Positions 1 through 7,381 of a stretch of 32,000 nucleotides of DNA are shown piece by piece. The notes beneath the pieces are model-generated. The model searched no databases, was not told the origin of the DNA, and saw only the letters and a list, made by a program, of their open reading frames with translations. The DNA comes from Raphidiopsis brookii D9. Its GTDB lineage: Bacteria; Cyanobacteriota; Cyanobacteriia; Cyanobacteriales; Nostocaceae. The translations under genes and the position numbers were made by a program. Within the stretch, counting starts at the first letter, position 1. Every line of letters starts with the position of its first letter. The stretch is from NCBI GenBank assembly GCA_000175855.1, contig ACYB01000016.1, positions 51,532 to 83,531 of the forward strand, written 5' to 3'.

Positions 1-105
1 CAGAAGTTGGTTCCGAGAGTTGTTCAACAGCTGACGGCAAAAAATTGGTTTGAGAACCTGGCGGCTGATTTTTGGACATTTTTGGACACTCCTGTTCGGT
101 TTTAG
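1..105 (+). CDS. C-terminal fragment of an upstream protein of unknown function (starts before the window)
   Basis: Open frame from base 1 ending in TAG at 103-105: QKLVPRVVQQLTAKNWFENLAADFWTFLDTPVRF*. Confidence 0.4.
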   Translation, partial: QKLVPRVVQQLTAKNWFENLAADFWTFLDTPVRF

Positions 106-261
106 GCAGAAGTGGGTAGACATTTACAAGCAGAACATAGAAGCTGGCTTTAGAGTTTGGGTGATAAGCCCAAATATCAAAATTTTGCCAGATCATCATT
201 ACATGTTACCAAATCCCCTACAATAAATATCACTGATACAGAAATTCAGGAGAGTTAAGCC

Positions 262-609
262 ATGCCAATGGCAGTTGGCGTTATCGAAACTTTAGGTTTT
301 CCCGCAGTTTTGGCCGCAGCAGATGCTATGGTTAAGTCTGCTGCTGTCACAATCGTATACTATGGCATTGCAGAAAGTGGAAGGTTATTGGTTGCTGTTA
401 GAGGACAGGTAGCAGAGGTGAAAACCGCTGTTGCAGCTGGAATAGCTTCCGAAGAAACTGTTTATGGTGGTCAGGTAATTACTCATTACATAGTTCCCAA
501 TCCACCGGAAAATGTGGAAACAATTCTACCTATCCATTTCACTTCTGAGTCTGAACCTTTTCGCTATTTTTTAACTTGTACCGGTAATTTTATTTATACA
601 GGAGATTAG
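262..609 (+). CDS. ccmK3: Carboxysome shell protein CcmK3-like (BMC domain)
   Basis: [25 protein letters not shown]...[12 protein letters not shown]...[16 protein letters not shown] is typical of the BMC domain; tandem with a second ccmK. Confidence 0.9.
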   Translation: MPMAVGVIETLGFPAVLAAADAMVKSAAVTIVYYGIAESGRLLVAVRGQVAEVKTAVAAGIASEETVYGGQVITHYIVPNPPENVETILPIHFTSESEPFRYFLTCTGNFIYTGD

Positions 610-611
610 TA

Positions 612-962
612 ATGTCCCTACAGGCCGTTGGATCTTTAGAAACAAAGGGTTTTCCCGCAGTTTTAGCCGCAGCAGATGCTATGGTTAAAGCTGGAAGGGT
701 AACTTTGGTCGGTTATATCCGAGTTGGTAGCGCCCGCTTTACAATCAATATTCGTGGTGATGTTTCTGAGGTGAAAACCGCCATGGCCGCTGGTGTGGAA
801 GCAGCACAAAATGTCTATGGTGGTACTCTAGAATCCTGGGTAATTATCCCCCGTCCCCATGAAAACGTAGAAGCTGTCTTACCTATTGCTTACACGGATC
901 AAGTCCAGCAATATCGAGATTCGGTGGAAAACCCCATCGTCCGCTCCTCCAGTGGTAGATAG
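612..962 (+). CDS. ccmK4: Carboxysome shell protein CcmK4-like (BMC domain)
   Basis: [54 protein letters not shown]...[16 protein letters not shown]; starts 2 nt after the ccmK3 stop. Confidence 0.92.
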   Translation: MSLQAVGSLETKGFPAVLAAADAMVKAGRVTLVGYIRVGSARFTINIRGDVSEVKTAMAAGVEAAQNVYGGTLESWVIIPRPHENVEAVLPIAYTDQVQQYRDSVENPIVRSSSGR

Positions 963-1058
963 TTCTTGTTAACTATCTTAAACCTATCTTTTTGGAATAA
1001 AAATGATTTTTGTTAATGCCGACTTAAATGGTGCAGCAAATATTTTAGGCGATTTACC

Positions 1059-2195
1059 ATGGAACTAAGTGCAGCAAATATAGCAGAATATTGGCAGAAA
1101 CTACTCGCTGCTGAGTCTCCTGAAAACAGTGATGACGCTAGAAATAGTATTATGCTTTGGCTTTTGGGGTCGGACTTAACTAGATTTGCAGGGTTAACAC
1201 CCAAAGAATTGGAGATTGCTCAAAAGGCTATGGAATATCGCTGGCGAGTTCTACGACAGCGATATCTAGGTGTGGGAAGAGAACAGGCCTATCGTAATTT
1301 GATGGTTCGTTTGGCCAGTGTCACAACGATTAGAAATAAAATTCAAACCTGGATTTCTTTGAGTCGCGATCGCCAGCGTGGTGTGATAGATGTACTGCAA
1401 GAGATAATTCAGGAAATGCTGCAAAGTGATTCTTATATGCAGCAGCAAATGAGTCTAATTGCTGATGCAACTAGGGATAGAAGGTTGCGAGACATGTTAC
1501 TATTTGCCAGCTTGGAAGAATACTGTTTGCGACCTGTGCGTAATCAGCCTTTATTGACACATCGGTTTGTCAATTATTTACGCCGAATTCAGCGAGGGGG
1601 GTTGACTCAAATTCCTGGTAAGGACGTAATTAGACTGGTTTCTGACGAAATATTAACAGAAGATACGGAAAGCAGCTTAAATCTTTTAGATGACGAAGCG
1701 ATCGCCCAATATCAGGAAGCGCAAAAGGTAGAAGAGCAACAATTGTTACGTCAGGAAGTGCGAGAGAAATTCGAGGAATACCTATTGGAGAAGCTAGGAC
1801 AAACAGCGGTGGAGTGGTTGAGCTTATATTTAGAGGGTAAGAGTCAAGAGGAAATTGCTAAAAAGCTGAATCAGCCAATTAGGGAGTTATACAGATTAAG
1901 GGAGAAAATTAGTTACCATGCTGTTAAGGTTTTTGCCATCAAGGATAAACCGGAGTTGGTAGAGAATTGGTTATCAACCTCTTTGAAGGAAGATGGGTTA
2001 GGTCTAACGCCAAAACAATGGGAGCAGTTAGGGGAGAAGATAAGTCCCCTAGGTAAGGAGATTCTTGATAGAAGGAAAGCGGGGGATTCTTTAGCAGGAA
2101 TAGGGGAGAAATTACAGTTGAAGACCCATAAGGTGATAGGTGAGTGGACAAAGGTTTATTTAGTCGCTCAGAATTTAAGGGGCCAAAATAATTAA
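1059..2195 (+). CDS. HetZ-related protein (cyanobacterial, helical, regulator-like)
   Basis: 378-aa ORF; overall character (ELSAANIAEYWQKLLAAE...; repeated helix-turn-helix-like segments such as EGKSQEEIAKKLNQPIRELYRLREK) recalls HetZ-family proteins; assigned from memory only. Confidence 0.5.
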   Translation: MELSAANIAEYWQKLLAAESPENSDDARNSIMLWLLGSDLTRFAGLTPKELEIAQKAMEYRWRVLRQRYLGVGREQAYRNLMVRLASVTTIRNKIQTWISLSRDRQRGVIDVLQEIIQEMLQSDSYMQQQMSLIADATRDRRLRDMLLFASLEEYCLRPVRNQPLLTHRFVNYLRRIQRGGLTQIPGKDVIRLVSDEILTEDTESSLNLLDDEAIAQYQEAQKVEEQQLLRQEVREKFEEYLLEKLGQTAVEWLSLYLEGKSQEEIAKKLNQPIRELYRLREKISYHAVKVFAIKDKPELVENWLSTSLKEDGLGLTPKQWEQLGEKISPLGKEILDRRKAGDSLAGIGEKLQLKTHKVIGEWTKVYLVAQNLRGQNN

Positions 2196-2220
2196 AATTA
2201 ATTAAAAGAATTTTGGTTTC

Positions 2221-2244
2221 AGACAGGGAATTCATTCCCTGTCT
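2221..2244. repeat. Perfect inverted repeat after the HetZ-like ORF
   Basis: AGACAGGGAA-TTCA-TTCCCTGTCT, 10-bp stem with 4-nt loop. Confidence 0.6.
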
Positions 2245-2364
2245 CAGATCGAAATGCGATCGCTTTCTGGAACTACTGTAGAGTCAACTACTGTAGTGTA
2301 AGTTAACATTGCCAATAAAATTTCTAGTCTGTGCCATAATTTGATTACCTCTGAGTAAAGGGGT

Positions 2365-2413
2365 GTAAGGTGATCTGGAATTCTTGGCCGAACCGCCCGA
2401 TCACCTTACTTTT
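2365..2413 (+). terminator. Possible Rho-independent terminator downstream of ccmK3-ccmK4-HetZ-like genes
   Basis: GTAAGGTGATC ... GATCACCTTAC 11-bp arms followed by TTTT; loop is long (about 23 nt). Confidence 0.4.
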
Positions 2414-2661
2414 AAGTATAAAACTAATTGAACAGATATGCAAGGGGTTTATAGAAAATAATTAATAAAATTTGTAAATCTTTTCGACTTGTCAAGCATA
2501 AATGAAAATATAGGAATTTCTGACTCACCCTAGCTTTAAAACCCAATCTAGGTTACATTTATATATTTACTGTATTCGTATAGGCGTGTTTTCATACAAC
2601 TCCAGGAATTTTTAGGAAATCCCCCGGTCTAGAAGTAGCAATTAAGTTGGCTGAAAAGACT

Positions 2662-2694
2662 AATGATGTGGTTATTGGTTTATGTATATTGTAT
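2662..2694 (+). promoter_or_regulatory. Divergent copy 0 of a conserved upstream element of GG-leader peptide genes
   Basis: AATGATGTGGTTATTGGTTTATGTATATTGTAT matches 28/33 with AATGATCTGGCTATTGGTTTCTGGATATTGTAT at 3176-3208; 114 nt before the precursor ATG. Confidence 0.45.
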
Positions 2695-2775
2695 GAGTTA
2701 CCAATTAGGGTTCTAGGAACCTAATTGCTTGAATCAGGGTGTGACCGTTCAATTGAGATTAAGGATAGTTGATCT

Positions 2776-2943
2776 ATGAATTTAATCGACAATAACGTGC
2801 TATTCACCCAGGTTTTTGATAGAGAATCAGTTAGTATTAATGGTGGTAGTCTGTTGGAAATAGTTAATGTGCCTAATGACGTGCTAAATTTCTTTCAGAA
2901 TTTACCATCAGAGTTAGAAAATTGGATTCTCGGATATCTTTAA
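2776..2943 (+). CDS. Double-glycine leader precursor peptide P1 (55 aa), not in the ORF track
   Basis: MNLIDNNVLFTQVFDRESVSINGG|SLLEIVNVPNDVLNFFQNLPSELENWILGYL*; 24-aa leader ending GG in register with four neighbours; AAGGA at 2761-2765. Confidence 0.7.
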   Translation: MNLIDNNVLFTQVFDRESVSINGGSLLEIVNVPNDVLNFFQNLPSELENWILGYL

Positions 2944-2967
2944 GTAAAAGTCATTGAATTTGGGTTT

Positions 2968-2999
2968 CAGGTATTGGTGTTTGCGAGAACGCCTACCTG
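2968..2999 (+). terminator. Hairpin downstream of P1
   Basis: CAGGTA-tt-GGTGTT-tgcgag-AACGCC-TACCTG; no strong U tract, so processing or attenuation is also possible. Confidence 0.4.
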
Positions 3000-3076
3000 A
3001 CACTCAATTTTACTTATAAACCCTTTCCTAAGATAGAAATTAGATTGCCAACCTGAAGTTTTTAAAAATAAGGTCC

Positions 3077-3102
3077 CCAATTTCTTTATGGAAGTTGGGG
3101 AT
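3077..3102. repeat. Spacer hairpin, copy 1
   Basis: CCCCAATTTC ... GAAGTTGGGG pairs over 10 bp (one G:U); homologous to the hairpins at 3988-4012 and 4431-4455. Confidence 0.55.
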
Positions 3103-3292
3103 TTATTGTGAGCAGAGATGTATTTTTGAGAAGTTGTTTTTCCTCAAGGTGGTAATTAGGTTGGTTGGAAATATCAATGATCTGGCTATTGGTTTCTGGA
3201 TATTGTATTAACAAGCAAGCGGTTGAGGAACTTGCAAAGAAGGAATCAACCTCTAGCTGAAAACAAATCTAAAGATTATAACTTATACTATC

Positions 3293-3493
3293 ATGCAAGT
3301 AACAGGAAATAATGCTCTATTTACGGAAGTTTATGGTGAAGAGTCTGCTATTGTGAGTGGTGGTCAACGCTCTTATAACTTTATTGGGTTAGCTACGTTT
3401 TTTATGCTGGCTCTGATATTGTGGGGACTTGATGAGGGGTTACTATATCCTAATTTTAATAACTATACCCGGTTTGGAGGTATGTCTACTTAG
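3293..3493 (+). CDS. Double-glycine leader precursor peptide P2 (66 aa)
   Basis: MQVTGNNALFTEVYGEESAIVSGG|QRSYNFIGLATFFMLALILWGLDEGLLYPNFNNYTRFGGMST; shares leader and SYNFIGL...LILWGLDEGLL core with P3-P5. Confidence 0.8.
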   Translation: MQVTGNNALFTEVYGEESAIVSGGQRSYNFIGLATFFMLALILWGLDEGLLYPNFNNYTRFGGMST

Positions 3494-3543
3494 GACTCAG
3501 AGTCTATTTTTTTAAAAAGAATTTGTTTTTTTGTCTAAAAAAG

Positions 3544-3577
3544 TTCTCAGATTCTCCAAAAAGTCTGGGAATTTTTT
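3544..3577 (+). terminator. Rho-independent terminator after P2
   Basis: TTCTCAGA ... TCTGGGAA (8-bp stem with one G:U) followed by TTTTTT. Confidence 0.7.
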
Positions 3578-3620
3578 ATGCTTAAAGGTGTGTATTTTTA
3601 AGAAATATTTTCTCATAAAT

Positions 3621-3731
3621 ATGGCAATTAAAACTACTAAAAGTATCAATGATCTTATTATTGATTCCATCTATTGTATTAGTAAGCAAGCAGTTGAGGG
3701 ACTTACAAATAGGCAATCAACTTCTAGCTGA
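3621..3731 (+). other. 36-codon open frame overlapping a copy of the conserved upstream element; coding status doubtful
   Basis: MAIKTTKSINDLIIDSIYCISKQAVEGLTNRQSTSS*; the homologous spacer copies carry a +1-nt length change that breaks this frame. Confidence 0.3.
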
Positions 3732-3768
3732 AAATAAACCTAATCAAAAGATCAAGGAGTACTGTATC

Positions 3769-3927
3769 ATGCAAGTAATCGAAAACAATGCATTATTCGC
3801 TCAAGTTTCTGTCGAAGATGCCGCTGTTTCTTCAGGAGGCTCTTATAACTTCATTGGACTACTTACCTACACTACATTAGGTACACTAATCTGGGCACTT
3901 GACGAAGCTTTACTTCCTGGTGTGTAA
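3769..3927 (+). CDS. Double-glycine leader precursor peptide P3 (52 aa)
   Basis: MQVIENNALFAQVSVEDAAVSSGG|SYNFIGLLTYTTLGTLIWALDEALLPGV*; AAGGAG at 3754-3759; this internal start fits better than the 92-aa ORF start at 3649. Confidence 0.85.
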   Translation: MQVIENNALFAQVSVEDAAVSSGGSYNFIGLLTYTTLGTLIWALDEALLPGV

Positions 3928-3987
3928 AAATTGATTTTACCTTTTGACCCAGAATTTTTCTATCAATAGTTTATGATTCCTATATAT

Positions 3988-4012
3988 CCCCAACTTCTCT
4001 GTGGAGTTGGGG
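3988..4012. repeat. Spacer hairpin, copy 2
   Basis: CCCCAACTTC-TCTGT-GGAGTTGGGG, 10-bp stem with one G:U. Confidence 0.6.
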
Positions 4013-4211
4013 ATTTGTAGTAGTTATAGATATGTATTTTTGAGAAGTTGTTTTTCCTCAAGGTGGTAATTAAGTTGGTTAAAAATATCAATGATCTGGC
4101 TATTAGTTTGTGGATATCGTATTAACAAGCAAGCAGTTGACGAACTTACAAAGAAGCAATCAACTTCCAGCTTAAAACAAATCTAATCACAAGATCAAGG
4201 AGTACTGTATC

Positions 4212-4370
4212 ATGCAAGTAATCGAAAACAATGCATTATTCGCTCAAGTTTCTGTCGAAGATGCCGCTGTTTCTTCAGGAGGCTCTTATAACTTCATTGG
4301 ACTACTTACCTACACTACATTAGGTACACTAATCTGGGCACTTGACGAAGCTTTACTTCCCGGTGTGTAA
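4212..4370 (+). CDS. Double-glycine leader precursor peptide P4 (52 aa), not in the ORF track; amino-acid identical to P3
   Basis: MQVIENNALFAQVSVEDAAVSSGG|SYNFIGLLTYTTLGTLIWALDEALLPGV*; AAGGAG at 4197-4202; one silent difference from P3. Confidence 0.85.
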   Translation: MQVIENNALFAQVSVEDAAVSSGGSYNFIGLLTYTTLGTLIWALDEALLPGV

Positions 4371-4430
4371 AAATTGATTTTACCTTTTGACCCAGAATTT
4401 TTCTATCAATAGTTTATGATTCCTATATAT

Positions 4431-4455
4431 CCCCAACTTCTCTGTGGAGTTGGGG
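4431..4455. repeat. Spacer hairpin, copy 3
   Basis: Identical to 3988-4012, offset by 443 nt. Confidence 0.6.
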
Positions 4456-4654
4456 ATTTGTAGTAGTTATAGATATGTATTTTTGAGAAGTTGTTTTTCC
4501 TCAAGGTGGTAATTAAGTTGGTTAAAAATATCAATGATCTGGCTATTAGTTTGTGGATATCGTATTAACAAGCAAGCAGTTGACGAACTTACAAAGAAGC
4601 AATCAACTTCCAGCTTAAAACAAATTTAATCACAAGATCAAGGAGTATTGTATC

Positions 4655-4879
4655 ATGGAAGTAATCGAAAAAAACGTATTGTTCTCCCAAATTTCTGTTG
4701 AAGAGTCTGCCATCTTTAGTGGTGGCTCTAATCCTACTCCTCCTACTCCTCCTACTCCTCCTACTCCTCCTACTCCTTCTGGTAATCCAGGTTCTTATAA
4801 CTTCATTGGACTACTTACCTACATTGGGGTAGGTACGCTAATCTGGGCACTTGACGAAGCTTTACTTCCTGGTGCGTAA
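4655..4879 (+). CDS. Double-glycine leader precursor peptide P5 (74 aa) with (PTP)5 linker
   Basis: MEVIEKNVLFSQISVEESAIFSGG|SNPTPPTPPTPPTPPTPSGNPGSYNFIGLLTYIGVGTLIWALDEALLPGA*; AAGGAG at 4640-4645. Confidence 0.85.
   Translation: MEVIEKNVLFSQISVEESAIFSGGSNPTPPTPPTPPTPPTPSGNPGSYNFIGLLTYIGVGTLIWALDEALLPGA
4733..4777 (+). repeat. 9-nt tandem repeat x5 inside P5
   Basis: (CCTACTCCT)5 encoding (Pro-Thr-Pro)5. Confidence 0.95.
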
Positions 4880-4963
4880 AATAAGGCCCTTGTCTATATC
4901 TCACTCTCCTTAATGCAAAACTCCCACAATTTCTAGGTATTAATAGGAGATATGACAACCCAC

Positions 4964-5002
4964 AAAAGAGTGAAATGAACCATTCTTGGATTTCACTCTT
5001 TT
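4964..5002 (+). terminator. Strong Rho-independent terminator between the peptide genes and the exporter
   Basis: AAAAGAGTGAAAT-gaaccattcttgg-ATTTCACTCTTTT, 13-bp perfect stem ending in TTTT; palindromic, so could act in both directions. Confidence 0.75.
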
Positions 5003-5184
5003 GTTATATACTCGGAAATTGGATAATTTTCTCAACCTTCTTACTGCGATAGTACATTAATGCTCTAGGTTTTTAAAAACCCTATTATGAAAATTACTCA
5101 CTAAAATCTATACCCCCTTGTTATATCTTACTAATCCAAAACAATAGGATTAGATCCCATAAACATGATAAACATTCAAAGATT

Positions 5185-7335
5185 ATGAAATACGCCCATA
5201 TTTCCCAACACAGCATCGAAGACTGTGGCGCTGCTTGCTTGGCTGCGATCGCCAAATATTATGGCAAAAATTTCACCTTGACTCGCACCAGAGAAGCTGT
5301 AGGTACAGGTCAATTCGGTACCACTTTATTAGGTCTACAAAGAGGAGCTAAAACCTTAGGTTTTAAAGCTTCAACAGTTAGAACTTCACCAGAAATTCTC
5401 AAAAGATTAAACGAAGCACCCCTACCGGCAATCATTCACTGGCACGGAAATCATTGGGTGGTTTTTTATGGTAAAAAGGGGGAAAAGTATATAATCTCTG
5501 ACCCAGGAGTAGGGGTACGCTACCTCTGTGAAGAAGACTTTATAGAGGGTTGGAATGATTGGTTAATGCTATTGCTAGAACCTAGTCCAGAAGAGTTTTT
5601 AAAAACAGAAGAAGATAAAATAGGTGGCTTTTGGCGTTTCTTTAAACAGGTGTGGACTTTTCGGGGAATTCTTGCCCAAGCTCTACCTCTCAATTTATTA
5701 TTGGGACTGTTATCTTTGGCTTCTCCCTTTTTATTACAAATTCTGACTGATGATGTGCTAGTACGAGGTGATACCAAATTACTCACCACCATGGTCATTG
5801 CCGTGGTCGTGATGAACCTCATTTCTAGCAGTTTATCTTGGGTCCAATCTAATTTAATCGCCCATTTTGCCCAACGTCTCCAATTGGGACTGGTGATGGA
5901 ATTTGGCAGACAAATTTTGCATCTACCTCTATCCTATTATGAAGCTCGTCGCAGTGGAGAAATTACTAGTCGTCTCCAAGATATTAAGCAAATCAATCAG
6001 TTGGTTACTCAAGTAGTTGTCAGTTTACCTAGCAAATTTTTTATTGCTCTGATTTCTCTTGGTCTGATGGCTTTTTATAGCTGGAAGTTAACTTTGGTGG
6101 CTATGATAATTGCTGGGATTATGACTATTACTCCTTTAGTGTTTCAACCTAAATTACAGCAAAAAACCCGTGAACTACTGGTTAAAGATGCGGAAACCCA
6201 AGGTGTATTGGTAGAAACTTTCAAGGGTGCTCTAACTCTCAAAACTACTACCGCTGGCAATCAATTCCTAGAAGAGTTCCAAGTTCGATTTGGCAAGTTG
6301 GCTAATTTAACTTTGAACAGTATGCAAATTGGTATTATCAATAATACCTTTTCTGGCTTTATCTCTTCCATTGGTAGTATTATCCTCCTTTGGTTTGGTG
6401 GTCATTTAGTTATTAATCCTAGTGAAAATCTCAGTATTGGTCAACTCCTGGCTTTTAATTCAATGAATGCTAATTTCCTGGGTCTCATAACGACCGTTAT
6501 CAGTTTTGTCCAGGAATTTACCCGCGCTAAAACAGCAGTTCAAAGACTCACAGAAGTGATAGATACCACTTCAGAAAATGACTATGATGGCAAAAAGCCT
6601 TTTGCTGAAATTCCCAGTGATGCTACAATCACTTGCACTAATATTAATTTCCATTATGCTGGTAGACTTGACCTATTAGAAGATTTTTCCTTAACTATTC
6701 CCGGTGGTCAAGTTGTGGCTTTGATTGGTAAATCAGGATGTGGTAAAAGTACCCTGGCTAAATTAATTGCTGGGCTATATACCCTCCAATCTGGTAATAT
6801 TCGCATCGGACTCTATAACCAACAAGATTTGTCTTTAGAATCTTTACGTCAACAGGTGATTCTAGTTCCTCAAGAACCCCATTTCTGGAGTCGTTCTATT
6901 GTGGAAAACTTCCGTTTGGGCGCACCTCATGTTAGTTTTGAGCAAATTGTCCGAGCTTGTGAAATTGCTGGTGCTGATGAATTTATCAGTAAATTACCCG
7001 CAAAATATCAAACTATATTGGGTGAATTTGGTGCCAATATTTCCGGTGGTCAAAGACAACGATTAGCTATAGCTAGAGCTATTGTTACAGATCCACCAAT
7101 TCTAATTTTGGATGAGTCTACGGGGGGACTAGACCCGGTTAGTGAAGCACAGGTTTTAGATCAGTTATTTAAACACCGTCAAGGAAAAACTACTATTTTA
7201 ATTACCCATCGTCCCCAGGTAATCAATCGCGCTGATTGGATTATTGTATTGGATGGAGGAAAACTCCAATCTCAAGGATCTTTGGAAGAATTGAAATTCA
7301 GACGGGGGGAACACCAAGAATTCATTATGGTCTAA
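5185..7335 (+). CDS. Peptidase C39-containing ABC exporter (GG-leader peptide processing and export)
   Basis: N-terminal C39 domain (QHSIEDCGAACLAAIAKYYG, catalytic His in IIHWHGNHWVVFYG, DPG motif), membrane domain, Walker A LIGKSGCGKST, signature ISGGQRQRLAIARAI, Walker B ILILDES, H-loop ITH. Confidence 0.92.
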   Translation: MKYAHISQHSIEDCGAACLAAIAKYYGKNFTLTRTREAVGTGQFGTTLLGLQRGAKTLGFKASTVRTSPEILKRLNEAPLPAIIHWHGNHWVVFYGKKGEKYIISDPGVGVRYLCEEDFIEGWNDWLMLLLEPSPEEFLKTEEDKIGGFWRFFKQVWTFRGILAQALPLNLLLGLLSLASPFLLQILTDDVLVRGDTKLLTTMVIAVVVMNLISSSLSWVQSNLIAHFAQRLQLGLVMEFGRQILHLPLSYYEARRSGEITSRLQDIKQINQLVTQVVVSLPSKFFIALISLGLMAFYSWKLTLVAMIIAGIMTITPLVFQPKLQQKTRELLVKDAETQGVLVETFKGALTLKTTTAGNQFLEEFQVRFGKLANLTLNSMQIGIINNTFSGFISSIGSIILLWFGGHLVINPSENLSIGQLLAFNSMNANFLGLITTVISFVQEFTRAKTAVQRLTEVIDTTSENDYDGKKPFAEIPSDATITCTNINFHYAGRLDLLEDFSLTIPGGQVVALIGKSGCGKSTLAKLIAGLYTLQSGNIRIGLYNQQDLSLESLRQQVILVPQEPHFWSRSIVENFRLGAPHVSFEQIVRACEIAGADEFISKLPAKYQTILGEFGANISGGQRQRLAIARAIVTDPPILILDESTGGLDPVSEAQVLDQLFKHRQGKTTILITHRPQVINRADWIIVLDGGKLQSQGSLEELKFRRGEHQEFIMV

Positions 7336-7381
7336 CTGAACCGTTCCCAACTTCTACCCAACTACTCTTCATCTACCCAAT

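Larger units (their letters stand above)
3769..4654 (+). repeat. 443-bp tandem duplication (two units, 3769-4211 and 4212-4654)
   Basis: Read side by side, the units differ at only about 3 positions (CCT/CCC near the gene end, AAATCT/AAATTT, GTACTG/GTATTG); period 443 nt; each unit contains a precursor gene plus the following spacer. Confidence 0.93.

Noticed and set aside
3649-3927. 92-aa ORF as given in the track
   Set aside because: The first 40 codons overlap the non-coding spacer repeat. The leader alignment and AAGGAG at 3754-3759 support the start at 3769.
3769-4654. Regularly spaced repeats considered as a CRISPR-like or integron-like array
   Set aside because: The 443-nt units contain whole precursor genes with ribosome-binding sites; there are no short direct repeats with unique spacers, and no cas or integrase genes.
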